From the NCBI GenBank assembly GCA_965216755.1, contig CBDCGL010000011.1, positions 864,001-928,000 on the forward strand: DNA of 64,000 bases, written 5' to 3'. Within the stretch, counting starts at the first letter, position 1. The number at the start of each line of letters is the position of its first letter. The translations under genes and the position numbers were made by a program. Below, one piece after another: positions 1-10,116 of the stretch. Below the pieces are notes generated by a model. It saw only the letters and a list, made by a program, of their open reading frames with translations, was not told the DNA's origin and made no database searches. The DNA is from Alphaproteobacteria bacterium (GTDB lineage: Bacteria; Pseudomonadota; Alphaproteobacteria; UBA7887).

Positions 1-90
1 GCGACCGAGGGTCAGAATCGCGACCGGCAGAGCATTCAGGATGTTGGAGAGTTCGGCGCTATCGGCCCCCGTCCGAGGGTTATCGGCCAT
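1..90 (-). CDS. ntrB: Nitrogen regulation sensor kinase NtrB, N-terminal fragment (runs off the window)
   Basis: ATG at 90 reads MADNPRTGADSAELSNILNALPVAILTLGR, a PAS-like start. It lies directly after dusB, matching the conserved dusB(nifR3)-ntrB-ntrC operon. Confidence 0.65.
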   Translation of the reverse strand, partial: MADNPRTGADSAELSNILNALPVAILTLGR

Positions 91-94
91 GCAG

Positions 95-1066
95 CTATGC
101 GCCCGCGCGCTCGTAGAGATCGAAAACCGCATCACGAATTGCGCACGGTTCGTGCATTCTGAAAATTTCCGACCTGGCTTGAGGCGCACCCTTTAAACCT
201 TTGATATACCATCCGATGTGCTTGCGCGCGATACGCACGCCACGGTCGCAGCCATGATGGGTGAGCAAGGCTTCGAAATGTTCGATTGCGGTCGCCCGCT
301 GCTCGGTCAGCGTTGGTTCGGCACTTGTCGTTCCGGTCCGCAGCTCGCGTGCGATCTTGCCGGGTAGCCATGGCCGGCCGCGGGCCGCGCGGCCGACCAT
401 GACTCCGTCGACGCCCGATTCGGCCATGAGCCGGCGCGCGTCGTCGGTTGAGGCTACGTCACCGTTGCCTATCACAGGTATTGCCACGCGTTCTTTGATT
501 CGACCAATAAACGCCCAATCCGCCTTACCTTTAAAGAATTGCGAGCGAGTCCGGCCATGAACGGTGATCATTTGGACACCACATTTCTCGGCCAATGTGG
601 CGAGGTCAGGCGCATTGCGGGAATTGGCATCCCAGCCCGTACGCATTTTCATTGTGACCGGCACCGAAACCGCGGCAACGGTCGCTGACATGATGCGGCC
701 CGCCAGCCTTTCGTCGCGCATGAGCGCCGACCCAGCCGCGCCATTCGTGACCTTCTTCGCGGGGCAACCGAAATTGATGTCAATAATCGACGCACCCCGG
801 TCGACGCAAATGCGCGCAGCTTCCGCAAATAGGGCCGGTTCGCGTCCGGCCAATTGAACGGCAACCGGGCCAAGGCCATGGTCAAGCGTGGCCATGCGCA
901 TGGTGCGCCGGTTGGCATGGATCATTGCCTGGCTGGCAATCATCTCCGACACCACCAATCCGACACCATATCGCCGCGCGAGCCGCCGAAAAGGCAGGTC
1001 CGTGACACCCGACATGGGTGCCAAAATGATCGGATTCTCCACCTCAATTGCACAAATCTTGAGCAT
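95..1066 (-). CDS. dusB: tRNA-dihydrouridine synthase DusB (NifR3 family)
   Basis: Motifs LAPMSGVTDLPFR, DINFGCP, TVHGRTR, IPVIGNGD and GVMVGR. Confidence 0.95.
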   Translation of the reverse strand: MLKICAIEVENPIILAPMSGVTDLPFRRLARRYGVGLVVSEMIASQAMIHANRRTMRMATLDHGLGPVAVQLAGREPALFAEAARICVDRGASIIDINFGCPAKKVTNGAAGSALMRDERLAGRIMSATVAAVSVPVTMKMRTGWDANSRNAPDLATLAEKCGVQMITVHGRTRSQFFKGKADWAFIGRIKERVAIPVIGNGDVASTDDARRLMAESGVDGVMVGRAARGRPWLPGKIARELRTGTTSAEPTLTEQRATAIEHFEALLTHHGCDRGVRIARKHIGWYIKGLKGAPQARSEIFRMHEPCAIRDAVFDLYERAGA

Positions 1067-1104
1067 ATGATTCTATGTATTTCGATTCGCCCAATATTTG
1101 GGCA
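1049..1104. promoter_or_regulatory. Two putative NtrC-binding sites at the dusB-ntrBC promoter
   Basis: 17-bp dyads TGCACAAATCTTGAGCA (1049-1065) and CGCCCAATATTTGGGCA (1088-1104) resemble TGCAC-N7-GTGCA. NtrC autoregulation at this promoter is known in rhizobia. Confidence 0.6.
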
Positions 1105-1228
1105 TCAATTTATATGTTTCGGTGACGTTGCGCAATTGCCCACCGCATTGCGTGCGCGCTATTGGCAAGGGGAGATTTGCCAATTAGCTTGCCGCCATGT
1201 GTGACCTGTTTTGCCCGTTCACGCGCTC

Positions 1229-2389
1229 ATGACCGCAACTGCTGAGCGTGTGGCGCTCATTGTCGGCGCCGGCAGCGGCGAACGCGTTGGTGGTGTAATG
1301 CCGAAGCAGTATCGGTCGATTGCGGGCGTGCCCTTGCTGCTCCGCACTATCCGTGCATTTTTGGCCCACCCACAGATCGACACAGTCCACGTTGTCATCA
1401 ATCCATCGCACGGGCGCCACTATCAACACACAGTCGCGGGAATGTCGTTGCCGGACCCCGTTGCGGGCGGCGCGGACCGACAAACTTCTGTCCGCCGGGG
1501 ACTGGAGCGGCTGGTCGATATCGCACCACGATTTGTACTGATTCACGACGCCGCGCGTCCCTTCGTGGACGCGGAAACGATCAGTCGTGTAGTTCAGGCG
1601 CTTGATCAGGAACCGGCGGCCATCGCCGCAACGCCGGTCACAGACACTTTGAAACGTGCGCGCGACGGCCATATCGCGGCAACCGTACCCCGCGCGCAGC
1701 TGTGGCGAGCACAGACACCACAGGGCTTTGATTTCAATGCGATTTTGGCCGCGCATCGACAATTCGCCGATCAAGTATTGACCGACGATGCCGCCGTGGC
1801 CGAACGGGCAGGCATCCCGGTTCGCCTTGTCTTGGGTAACGAAGAGAATTTCAAAGTGACGACAGAATTCGACTTTGTCCGCGCGGAGTCACAAGCCGCG
1901 CGACACGACGGTGCGGTTCGGGTCGGGCACGGTTTTGACGTCCATCGGTTCGGACCCGGCGACGCGGTCATTCTGTGCGGTATCACGATTCCACACACGC
2001 ATCGCCTGGTTGGGCACTCAGATGGCGATGTCGGCCTGCATGCCCTAGTCGATGCACTTCTCGGAGCGCTTGGCGCCGGCGACATAGGTCATCATTTTCC
2101 TCCCACCGATCCGCGTTGGCGTGGCGCGGACTCGCGTCATTTTCTTGGGGCCGCGCGCGGCCTTGTCGCGGATGCTGGCGGCCGGATCAGCCATGTCGAT
2201 GTGACTTTGATCTGCGAGGCGCCGAAAATTGGCCCTCACCGCGACGCCATGGTGGCGCAAGTGGCTGAGATTCTGCGGCTTGCAAAGGATCGGGTCAGCA
2301 TCAAAGCAACAACCACGGAGAAGCTCGGATTCACCGGCCGCGGCGAAGGTATCGCCGCTCAGGCCACGGCCACGGTCATTGCGCCATGA
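1229..2389 (+). CDS. ispDF: Bifunctional IspD/IspF (MEP cytidylyltransferase / MEcPP synthase)
   Basis: IspD motifs GAGSGER..PKQY, IHDAARP and AQTPQGF are fused to IspF motifs VGHGFDVH, GHSDGDV and KATTTEKLGF. ATG 1229 preferred over TTG 1211. Confidence 0.95.
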   Translation: MTATAERVALIVGAGSGERVGGVMPKQYRSIAGVPLLLRTIRAFLAHPQIDTVHVVINPSHGRHYQHTVAGMSLPDPVAGGADRQTSVRRGLERLVDIAPRFVLIHDAARPFVDAETISRVVQALDQEPAAIAATPVTDTLKRARDGHIAATVPRAQLWRAQTPQGFDFNAILAAHRQFADQVLTDDAAVAERAGIPVRLVLGNEENFKVTTEFDFVRAESQAARHDGAVRVGHGFDVHRFGPGDAVILCGITIPHTHRLVGHSDGDVGLHALVDALLGALGAGDIGHHFPPTDPRWRGADSRHFLGAARGLVADAGGRISHVDVTLICEAPKIGPHRDAMVAQVAEILRLAKDRVSIKATTTEKLGFTGRGEGIAAQATATVIAP

Positions 2390-2847
2390 CCAGCGCCGCC
2401 CAAATATTGGCGACATGGTTCGGCGTCGGCCTGATGCCAAAGGCGCCGGGCACCTTCGGCGCGCTGGCGGCGTTGCCCTTGGCATGGCTGATCGTTTTGG
2501 GCTCGGGGCGCACCGGTTTGCTGGCCGCAACCTTGCTCGCGTTTGCTATCGGCTGGTGGGCGGCGGATGTATACGCGACGCGGGCCGGCAGTCACGATCC
2601 CGGCGCCGTCGTCATCGATGAAGTCGCCGGCCAATGGCTGACCCTGGTAGCCGTACCCTTGACCCTGCCGGGCTATGCTTTGGGGTTCGTCCTGTTTCGT
2701 GTCTTTGACATCGTCAAACCCTGGCCGGTGTCATGGGCGGATCGGTCCGTTGGCGGTGGGCTCGGCATCATGCTCGACGACGTCTTGGCTGGTCTCTATG
2801 CCGCCGCGGCTCTGATCGGACTGCGTCTGATGGGGGTGCCGCTGTGA
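2386..2847 (+). CDS. pgpA: Phosphatidylglycerophosphatase A
   Basis: Motifs APGTFG, DPGAVVIDEVAG, FRVFDIVKPWP and GIMLDD. ATGA overlap with ispDF. Confidence 0.93.
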   Translation: MTSAAQILATWFGVGLMPKAPGTFGALAALPLAWLIVLGSGRTGLLAATLLAFAIGWWAADVYATRAGSHDPGAVVIDEVAGQWLTLVAVPLTLPGYALGFVLFRVFDIVKPWPVSWADRSVGGGLGIMLDDVLAGLYAAAALIGLRLMGVPL

Positions 2848-3371
2848 CCCTACCGCCTGATTTGGTCAAAAAATCCGCTAGGTTTCTGGATCAATGTCGC
2901 GGCGCCGGGCTGCATATCGTCACGGCCGAATCCTGCACCGGCGGCTTGATTGCTGGATGTCTGACCGAAGTGGCCGGGTCGTCTGATGTGGTCGACAGGG
3001 GCTTTGTAACCTATTCAAACGAAGCGAAGACCGAATTGGTCGGCGTGCCGCCGGAACTGATCGCGACCGACGGCGCTGTAAGCGAAACCGTCGCGCGTGC
3101 CATGGCTGAGGGTGCGTTGATGCGTGCCCGGGCTGAACTTGCGATCGCGGTGACAGGTGTCGCCGGTCCCGGCGGCGGCACCGCCACCAAACCGGTCGGC
3201 CTCGTTCACTTTGCGGTCGCGCGCAAAAGTGGCGAAACGCATCATGAATCGCGGCTGTTCGCTGGTAACCGGTCGTCAATTCGTGAAGCGACCGTCGACC
3301 TTGCTTTGGACCTTCTGGGACAGGCCGCAATGGCCGAGAGCGCGGAGTCAGATAGGCTCGCGCGCGGGTGA
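2844..3371 (+). CDS. cinA: CinA C-terminal domain protein (NMN deamidase, PncC family)
   Basis: Motifs TAESCTGG, VTYSNEAK, GAVSE and TGVAGPGGG..KPVG. GTG 2844 overlaps the pgpA stop. Confidence 0.9.
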   Translation: MTLPPDLVKKSARFLDQCRGAGLHIVTAESCTGGLIAGCLTEVAGSSDVVDRGFVTYSNEAKTELVGVPPELIATDGAVSETVARAMAEGALMRARAELAIAVTGVAGPGGGTATKPVGLVHFAVARKSGETHHESRLFAGNRSSIREATVDLALDLLGQAAMAESAESDRLARG

Positions 3372-3818
3372 CGCGACCAACTGATTGGACCCGTAAAGAT
3401 CGCGTGCGCGGCCTTCGAAAGCGGCAACCATGCGTCGTACGGCTTCCAAATAGACGGTTCCGATAAGCTTGTTGAGCAGACGCGATCGGAAGGCGAAATC
3501 CACAAAAAAGTCGACTTTGCAAGCTCCATCCGCCAGGTCCGTGAATTGCCATCGGTTGGTCATACGGCGAAACGGGCCACGGGTCGGCTCGACAAGGATA
3601 TGGTGGGGCGCTTCAAACGATACCCGCGAGCCAAAATGCTCGCGGATCATCTTGAAACCGATCAGCAGATCCGCGTCAAACTGGGATTCCTCGCGGTTAA
3701 AGACTCGCGCCGCCAGGCACCAGGGCAGAAATTCCGGGTAGCGACCAACGTCAAGAACCAGATCAAACAGTTGGGTTGCCGTGTAGGGCAACACGCGTTC
3801 ATCACGGTGAACAGGCAC
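3348..3818 (-). CDS. ratA: RatA/PasT/Coq10 family START-domain protein
   Basis: Motifs YPEFLPWC, GPFRRMTNRWQF and AFEGRA. Conserved position after lipA. Confidence 0.88.
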   Translation of the reverse strand: MPVHRDERVLPYTATQLFDLVLDVGRYPEFLPWCLAARVFNREESQFDADLLIGFKMIREHFGSRVSFEAPHHILVEPTRGPFRRMTNRWQFTDLADGACKVDFFVDFAFRSRLLNKLIGTVYLEAVRRMVAAFEGRARDLYGSNQLVASPAREPI

Positions 3819-3823
3819 GCGTC

Positions 3824-4777
3824 CTAAGTCCTTGTCACCGCCGCGCCGGCAAACGTCGTTTCTCTGGCCGCCCGAAGCGACTCATAGTCGCGGTCGGCGT
3901 GATATGACGAACGCGTCAAGGGCGAGGCCGACACCATCAGAAACCCGAGATCCTTCGCAGTCCGGGCATAAGACTCGAACTCGGACGGTGTCACGAACCG
4001 CATCACCGGATGGTGTCCCGGACTTGGCTGCAGGTACTGGCCGATGGTCACGAAATCCACGCCATGGGCCCGCAGATCGGCAAGGACTTCATGGATTTCT
4101 TCGGTCTGTTCGCCGAGCCCTACCATCAAACCGGACTTGGTGAAAACGCTCGGGTCGATTTCCTTTGCGCGTCTGAGTAACCATAGGGAATGTGCGTATC
4201 GCGCGGCCGGTCGCACCTTTCGATAAAGTCGCGGCACCGTTTCCAAATTGTGGTTATAAACGTCGGGCCCGGCGCGCGCGACCGCCTCGACCGCACCATC
4301 CTTGCGCTGAAAGTCGGGCGTCAACACCTCGATCGTGGTGGTTGGGGACGCCGCGCGAATCTTCTCGATGCATTGGACGAATTGACCCGCGCCGCCGTCG
4401 GCAAGGTCGTCGCGATCAACCGACGTGACAACCACGTGGCGCAGGCCCAATTGGCGCACCGCTTCTGCGACGTGATCAGGTTCGTGCGGGTCGAGCAGAT
4501 CCGGTCGGCCCGTCGCGACGTTGCAGAACGCACATTTTCGCGTGCACACGCTGCCCAATATCATAACCGTCGCGTGTTTTTGTGCCCAACACTCACCGAT
4601 ATTGGGGCACGCGGCTTCCTCACAGACCGTGTTTAACGACAACGACCGCATGAGCTTACGGGTTTCATGATAATTTCGGGAGACTGGCGCCTTGACCCGG
4701 ATCCAAGACGGTTTGCGCATCGATTCACCAGTCGCCGAAATCTTCGTGACATTGCTCATTTTGGAAACAGCCGCCAT
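3824..4777 (-). CDS. lipA: Lipoyl synthase
   Basis: Motifs [21 protein letters not shown], radical [11 protein letters not shown] and RSSYHA. The true start may be slightly downstream. Confidence 0.96.
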   Translation of the reverse strand: MAAVSKMSNVTKISATGESMRKPSWIRVKAPVSRNYHETRKLMRSLSLNTVCEEAACPNIGECWAQKHATVMILGSVCTRKCAFCNVATGRPDLLDPHEPDHVAEAVRQLGLRHVVVTSVDRDDLADGGAGQFVQCIEKIRAASPTTTIEVLTPDFQRKDGAVEAVARAGPDVYNHNLETVPRLYRKVRPAARYAHSLWLLRRAKEIDPSVFTKSGLMVGLGEQTEEIHEVLADLRAHGVDFVTIGQYLQPSPGHHPVMRFVTPSEFESYARTAKDLGFLMVSASPLTRSSYHADRDYESLRAARETTFAGAAVTRT

Positions 4778-4780
4778 GAC

Positions 4781-6184
4781 TTACATGTGGATAACACGGC
4801 CATACGCGTCAAGCACGGCCTCGTGCATCATCTCCGACAATGTCGGATGCGGGAAGACCGTGTGCATCAGCTCGGCTTCGGTCGTTTCAAGTGTCTTGGC
4901 GACTGTATAACCTTGGATCAATTCGGTTACCTCGGCACCGATCATATGCGCGCCCAACAACTCACCGGTCTTGGCGTCAAACACTGTCTTGATCATGCCG
5001 TCGGGCTCGCCCAGAGCGATTGCTTTGCCATTGCCGAGAAATGGAAAACGTCCGACGCGCACTTCGCGGCCGCTCTCCTTTGCCGCCTGTTCCGTCATGC
5101 CGACACTCGCGACCTGCGGACGACAGTACGTACAGCCTGGAATATTCGCGGTATCCAAGGGGTGGACGTCTAGGGTGCCGGCGATCTTATCCACGCAGAT
5201 TACGCCCTCGTGGCTGGCCTTGTGGGCGAGCCAGGGTGGCCCAACGACATCGCCAATGGCGTAAACCCCCGGCTCGTCGGTTTGCAGCCATTCATTAACG
5301 ATGATGTGGCCCTTGTCGACGCGCACCTTGGTGTTCTCAAGACCAATATCCTCAACGTTTCCCGTGATACCGATCGCCAGGATGGCGCGTTCGACATCGA
5401 GGGTCTCGGTCTTGCCCGCACCAAGATCGAGCGTCGCACTGACCCCGCCGTTCGCGACTTTCATCGCGGTCACCTTGGCGCCGGTATGGATTTTCAAGCC
5501 TTGCTTCTCGAATTGCCTGCGCGCAAGAGCTGAAATCTCAGCATCTTCGACGGGCAGAATTCGGTCGACAATTTCAACCACGGTCACGTCCGCGCCCATG
5601 TCGTGGTAAAAACTGGCAAATTCGATGCCGATAGCGCCAGAACCAATGACCAAAAGCGATTTCGGCATTTGGTCGGGCACCATCGCTTCCTTGTAGGTCC
5701 AAATATGTTTGCCGTCGGGCTCAAGGCCCGGCAAGGCACGCGGCCGCGCACCGGTCGCCAGCACTATGTGGGGGGCACTGAGCGTCTTCTGACCCTTGCC
5801 GTCCTTACTAACCGCAACCGCGCCGCCGCCAATCAAACTGGCGGCGCCATCAAACACCGCCACTTTGTTCTTCTTCAAAAGATGAGCCACGCCACGCGAA
5901 AGCTGTTTGGCGACCGCGCGTGACCGCGCCACAACTTTCTTGATATCGAATTCGGGTTTCGTCGCCGCAAAGCCATATTCAGGCAACCGTTCGAGCAAGT
6001 GTGCAATTTCAGATGTTCGCAGCAAGGCCTTGGTCGGGATGCAGCCCCAATTGAGACAAATACCGCCTAGATGCTCGCGCTCAACGACAGCCGCCTTCAT
6101 ACCCAGCTGCGCCGCGCGTATCGCCGCGACGTAGCCGCCGGGGCCGCCCCCGACGACAATCAAATCGAAAGCGTCATCCGCCAT
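4781..6184 (-). CDS. lpdA: Dihydrolipoamide dehydrogenase (E3)
   Basis: Motifs GGGPGGY, redox-active GGICLNWGCIPTK and HPTLSE. Confidence 0.97.
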   Translation of the reverse strand: MADDAFDLIVVGGGPGGYVAAIRAAQLGMKAAVVEREHLGGICLNWGCIPTKALLRTSEIAHLLERLPEYGFAATKPEFDIKKVVARSRAVAKQLSRGVAHLLKKNKVAVFDGAASLIGGGAVAVSKDGKGQKTLSAPHIVLATGARPRALPGLEPDGKHIWTYKEAMVPDQMPKSLLVIGSGAIGIEFASFYHDMGADVTVVEIVDRILPVEDAEISALARRQFEKQGLKIHTGAKVTAMKVANGGVSATLDLGAGKTETLDVERAILAIGITGNVEDIGLENTKVRVDKGHIIVNEWLQTDEPGVYAIGDVVGPPWLAHKASHEGVICVDKIAGTLDVHPLDTANIPGCTYCRPQVASVGMTEQAAKESGREVRVGRFPFLGNGKAIALGEPDGMIKTVFDAKTGELLGAHMIGAEVTELIQGYTVAKTLETTEAELMHTVFPHPTLSEMMHEAVLDAYGRVIHM

Positions 6185-7465
6185 CTATAGCAACATTGTC
6201 AGTGGATCTTCAATCAGCGCCTTGAAGGCGCCGAGAACATCAGCACCGACCGCGCCATCGATGACACGGTGATCGCACGATAGCGTGCAAGACATCACTG
6301 TGGCCACGGCGAGGGCACCGTCCTTGACGATGGGTCGTTGTTCACCGGCACCTACCGCCAGAATGCCGGCCTGCGGCGGATTGATGATGGCGGAGAATTC
6401 CTTGATGCCGTACATGCCCAAATTCGAAACCGAAAATGATCCGCCCTGATATTCTTCGGGCATGAGCTTGCCGTCGCGTGCCCGCGCCGCGAGATCTTTC
6501 ATTTCGTTGGAGATTTGGGCCAAGCCCTTGTTGTCGGCATTGCGGACAACGGGTGTCACCAATCCGCCGTCGACGGCCACGGCGACCGAGATGTCGATCG
6601 TGTTGTAACGCAATGTCGCGGCGTCGCCCCAGCTGGCATTTGCCTCCGGCACCTTGCGCAACGCCAAGGCCAGGGCGCGGACGACAAAATCATTGACGGA
6701 AATCTTATAGTCGTTGCTCCGGTTGTTAAGATCCTTGCGCGTGCCCAGCAGCGTGTCGATCTCACAATCCACCGACATATAGAAGTGCGGAATGGTCTGT
6801 TTTGACTGGAGCAAGCGCTGAGCGATGACCTTGCGCATGCCTGTATTTGGCACTTCGGTTGTCGCCGCAGTCGGCGGCACCACGGCCGCTGGCGCAACAA
6901 CGGGTAGCGTAGCCGGTGCGGCCGCTGGCGCCGGCATGGGGGCCGGGCCGCGTGCCAATGCCGCCTCGATGTCGGCCTTGACAATGCGCCCATTGGGGCC
7001 GCTGCCCTGCAGCATCGCCAGATCTAGGCCCGCCTGTTTTGCCATCCGCCGTGCCAGTGGGCTCGCGAACACGCGGCGGCCGTCGCCATTGCCACGCGCT
7101 GCGTTTGGTGGCGCGGCCGCCGGCTGCGAAGCCGGCGCCTCGGGTGCCGGCGCGGGCGCGGCCGGTTGAATAGCCTCTGGCCCGCCAGAAACGGAGAAGC
7201 TCTCAAGCGCGCTGGAATCTTCGCCCTCCTCCAGGATAACGGCGATGGGCGCGTTTACCGCGACCTCCTCGGTCCCTTCGGCGACCAGGATCTTCGCCAA
7301 GACACCATCATCGATCGCTTCGATTTCCATGGTTGCTTTGTCCGTTTCGACCTCGGCGACAACGTCGCCAGCCGCAATCGCATCACCTTCGGCTTTCAGC
7401 CATTTGGCGAGTGTGCCTTCTTCCATCGTTGGCGAAAGCGCTGGCAAACGGAGCTCAATCGGCAT
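6185..7465 (-). CDS. pdhC: Pyruvate dehydrogenase E2, dihydrolipoamide acetyltransferase
   Basis: One lipoyl domain (PALSPTMEEG, ETDKA), an E3-binding domain (ASPLARR) and catalytic DHRVIDGA. Start at ATG 7465. Confidence 0.96.
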   Translation of the reverse strand: MPIELRLPALSPTMEEGTLAKWLKAEGDAIAAGDVVAEVETDKATMEIEAIDDGVLAKILVAEGTEEVAVNAPIAVILEEGEDSSALESFSVSGGPEAIQPAAPAPAPEAPASQPAAAPPNAARGNGDGRRVFASPLARRMAKQAGLDLAMLQGSGPNGRIVKADIEAALARGPAPMPAPAAAPATLPVVAPAAVVPPTAATTEVPNTGMRKVIAQRLLQSKQTIPHFYMSVDCEIDTLLGTRKDLNNRSNDYKISVNDFVVRALALALRKVPEANASWGDAATLRYNTIDISVAVAVDGGLVTPVVRNADNKGLAQISNEMKDLAARARDGKLMPEEYQGGSFSVSNLGMYGIKEFSAIINPPQAGILAVGAGEQRPIVKDGALAVATVMSCTLSCDHRVIDGAVGADVLGAFKALIEDPLTMLL

Positions 7466-7625
7466 TGTAATTTCCCATCTCGACAGACCGTTCGCGCCGT
7501 CGCCGACGCAGGTCATTTATTATCTATTGTGGCTCGGATTGGGCAGACCCAATGGCGCGACTGGCGCGAACACATTTGCCAATCCCCCCAAACCGCAGCC
7601 ACCTGACTGGATCCGAAACCGCAGC

Positions 7626-8607
7626 CTATCGATAGCAAACAGATTTGATGGCGTCGACAATGTCATCAGTTGCCGGCAAAGCCAAACGCTCCAAATTCGC
7701 GGCATAGGGCATCGGCACGTCAGCGCCGGTCACACGCTTCACCGGTGCGTCCAAGTCGTCGAAGAATTTGTCCATGGCAAGAGCCGCGATCTCCGACCCA
7801 ATTCCGGCAAACGGCCAGCCTTCCTCCACAGTCACGAGACGATTGGTCTTCGTGACTGATTGCCTGAGCTTCTCGGTATCAAGGGGGCGCAGCGTGCGCA
7901 GATCCAGGACCTCAACCGAAATCCCCTCCTCGGCAAGCTGTTCCGCCGCCGCCAGGCAGCATTCAAGGGGACGCGAGAAACCAGCGACGGTCACGTCATT
8001 TCCTTCGCGCAACACCGCCGCGCGCCCGATCGGAATAATATGGTCGGAGTCGTCCGGAACCTCGAAACTTTGCCCGTAGAGGATCTCATTCTCCAGAAAG
8101 ACGACCGGATTGGGATCACGGATCGCAGATTTCAGCAGCCCCTTTGCATCAGCCGCCGAATAGGGCGTGACCACTTTCAACCCCGGAACATGCGCGTACC
8201 AACTGCCATATTCCTGCGAATGTTGCGCAGCCACACGGGCCGCGGCGCCATTTGGGCCACGAAACACGATCGGACATGTCACGGCGCCCCCAGACATGTA
8301 ATGGGTCTTTGCCGCTGAATTGATCAAGTGATCTATGGCTTGCATGGCAAAGTTGAAAGTCATGAATTCGACGATGGGGCGCAGCCCCATAAACGCGGCA
8401 CCAACGCCGACACCGGCAAAGCCGGCCTCGGTTATCGGTGTATCGACGACCCGGCGGGCGCCAAATTCCGCCAATAAGCCCTGACTGGACTTTGTAGGCG
8501 CCCTCATATTCCGCAACTTCCTCGCCCATCAGAAATACGCTGTCGTCGGCGCGCATTTCTTCAGCCATGGCGTCGCGAAGCGCCTCTCTGACGGTCAGCT
8601 GCGCCAT
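7626..8607 (-). pseudogene. pdhB: Pyruvate dehydrogenase E1 beta subunit, split by a 1-nt frameshift (possible sequencing error)
   Basis: N-part [14 protein letters not shown]...GAYKV and C-part [20 protein letters not shown]...EFMTFNF are in different frames. An extra C at 8487/8488 (minus strand) separates them. Confidence 0.9.
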
Positions 8608-8610
8608 CGC

Positions 8611-9627
8611 TCAGCCATCCACATAGATGTCGGAGAATAGCGCCGCGCGATCGGGTTCAGGGCTATTCTGGGCGAAATCCGCCGCTTCGTTGACTTGCGC
8701 GCGAATTTCCTTGTCGATTGCTTTCAAGCCTGATTCGTCGGTAAAGCCGCGCTCGATAAGAACCTCGCCGACCTGGCTTATCGGATCGCGTTCCTCGCGC
8801 ATCTCGCGAACTTCTTCCTTTGTGCGATATTTGGCGGGATCAGACATTGAGTGGCCGCGATAGCGATAGGTCATCGCCTCGATGATCATCGGGCCGTTGC
8901 CCGCGCGCACGTACGATGCTGCCTCCGCCATCGCCGCCTTAACCGCGACAACATCCATGCCGTCGCATTGGATGCCGCGGATGCCGACGCCTTCACCACT
9001 GCGAAACAATTCTGTCTGCGCACGCGCCCGGGCGACCGATGTACCCATGCCGTATTGATTGTTCTCAATCAGATAGACAATTGGCAATTTCCACAGGGCG
9101 GCCATATTGAACGCCTCAAAGACCTGTCCTTGGCTCGACGCGCCGTCGCCGTAATAGGTCACGCAGATATGATTGGTGTCACGATATTGCAGAGCGAACG
9201 CGATCCCCGTGCCAATCGGCACTTGCGCCCCGACAATTCCGTGGCCGCCGAAGAAATTCGATTTGGGCGAGAACAGGTGCATGGACCCACCCTTACCCTT
9301 CGATGTACCAGCCTCGCGGCCAGTCAGCTCGGCCATGACCGCGTGCGGTGTCGCGCCCCGCATCAAGGTGTGGGCGTGGCAACGATAACTCGTCACAACC
9401 GGGTCGTCGGTTGTAATCGCGGATTCAACGCCGACGACCACAGCTTCCTGACCGATATACAAGTGGAGAAAGCCACCGATGAGCCCCATGCCATAAAGCT
9501 GCCCTGCTTTTTCCTCGAAACGGCGGATCAAAAGCATTTGGCGATAGTATGACGCAAGGTCGTCAGCTGTGGCGTCCGCGGCATGATTCGCCGCGGCGAG
9601 TGTCGGTTTCTCTTGGGTTACGGGCAT
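8611..9627 (-). CDS. pdhA: Pyruvate dehydrogenase E1 alpha subunit
   Basis: Motifs GFLHLYIGQEA, GKGGSMH, TPP-binding GDGA...ENN and YRYRGHSMSDP. Confidence 0.97.
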   Translation of the reverse strand: MPVTQEKPTLAAANHAADATADDLASYYRQMLLIRRFEEKAGQLYGMGLIGGFLHLYIGQEAVVVGVESAITTDDPVVTSYRCHAHTLMRGATPHAVMAELTGREAGTSKGKGGSMHLFSPKSNFFGGHGIVGAQVPIGTGIAFALQYRDTNHICVTYYGDGASSQGQVFEAFNMAALWKLPIVYLIENNQYGMGTSVARARAQTELFRSGEGVGIRGIQCDGMDVVAVKAAMAEAASYVRAGNGPMIIEAMTYRYRGHSMSDPAKYRTKEEVREMREERDPISQVGEVLIERGFTDESGLKAIDKEIRAQVNEAADFAQNSPEPDRAALFSDIYVDG

Positions 9628-9747
9628 CGGGCTTCACTATTGCAGTTGTGACGACCCAAAGCAGAAGCGGCCGCTTATAGCGTGGAAGATAGTGGCTCCG
9701 GGCGACACAGGCAAGCGCGCCCATACCGCGGCAAGCGGCCATTAACC

Positions 9748-10116
9748 TTAGTCCAAAGAGGGTTTATCGCCTGTTTCCAGCGTCGATCCGCGGGCCACCA
9801 AAGCGCCATTCTTGACCAGCACCCGATCATCCGGATCGCCGACATTGAGGACAATCCGCGCCCTTTCTTCCAGAAGATCGATATCGAGGCTGTCGGGACG
9901 AAGGCGACGTACGTTGTTTTCCAGCGTCAACCGCTCGGTGCGTAGCGCGGTCAGTTTCCCAATTTCGGTTTCGATTTGTTGATTGATCCGCATCCACGCC
10001 ACGAACCCGCGCTCACCATTCACGGTGTGAAAAGCGAGATACAAACCAAACGCCAGAAACAGCGTCGGCGCGACAGCTTGTCGTACGCGTTTTTTTTGAT
10101 CATGAAGACGGCCCAC
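9748..10116 (-). CDS. ftsB: Septum formation initiator FtsB/DivIC
   Basis: TM helix followed by GERG, a coiled coil and LDIDLLEERAR. Conserved position between eno and pdhA. Confidence 0.88.
   Translation of the reverse strand: MGRLHDQKKRVRQAVAPTLFLAFGLYLAFHTVNGERGFVAWMRINQQIETEIGKLTALRTERLTLENNVRRLRPDSLDIDLLEERARIVLNVGDPDDRVLVKNGALVARGSTLETGDKPSLD

Noticed and set aside
3348-3818. RatA as a toxin-antitoxin system
   Set aside because: No ratB partner is present. Next to lipA this family is the Coq10-like ubiquinone-binding protein.
7590-7626. 11-bp direct repeat AAACCGCAGCC (7590-7600, 7616-7626) between pdhB and pdhC
   Set aside because: Only two short copies with a 15-nt spacer, so not CRISPR-like. 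Most likely a local duplication or chance.
8149-8607. 152-aa ORF as a separate gene
   Set aside because: It is the N-terminus of frameshifted pdhB followed by out-of-frame sequence.
10090-10097. 8-nt homopolymer runs in ftsB, tsf (near 51361) and DUF2269 (near 61023) as phase-variation tracts
   Set aside because: All are in frame and explained by Lys-Lys or Phe-Phe codons.
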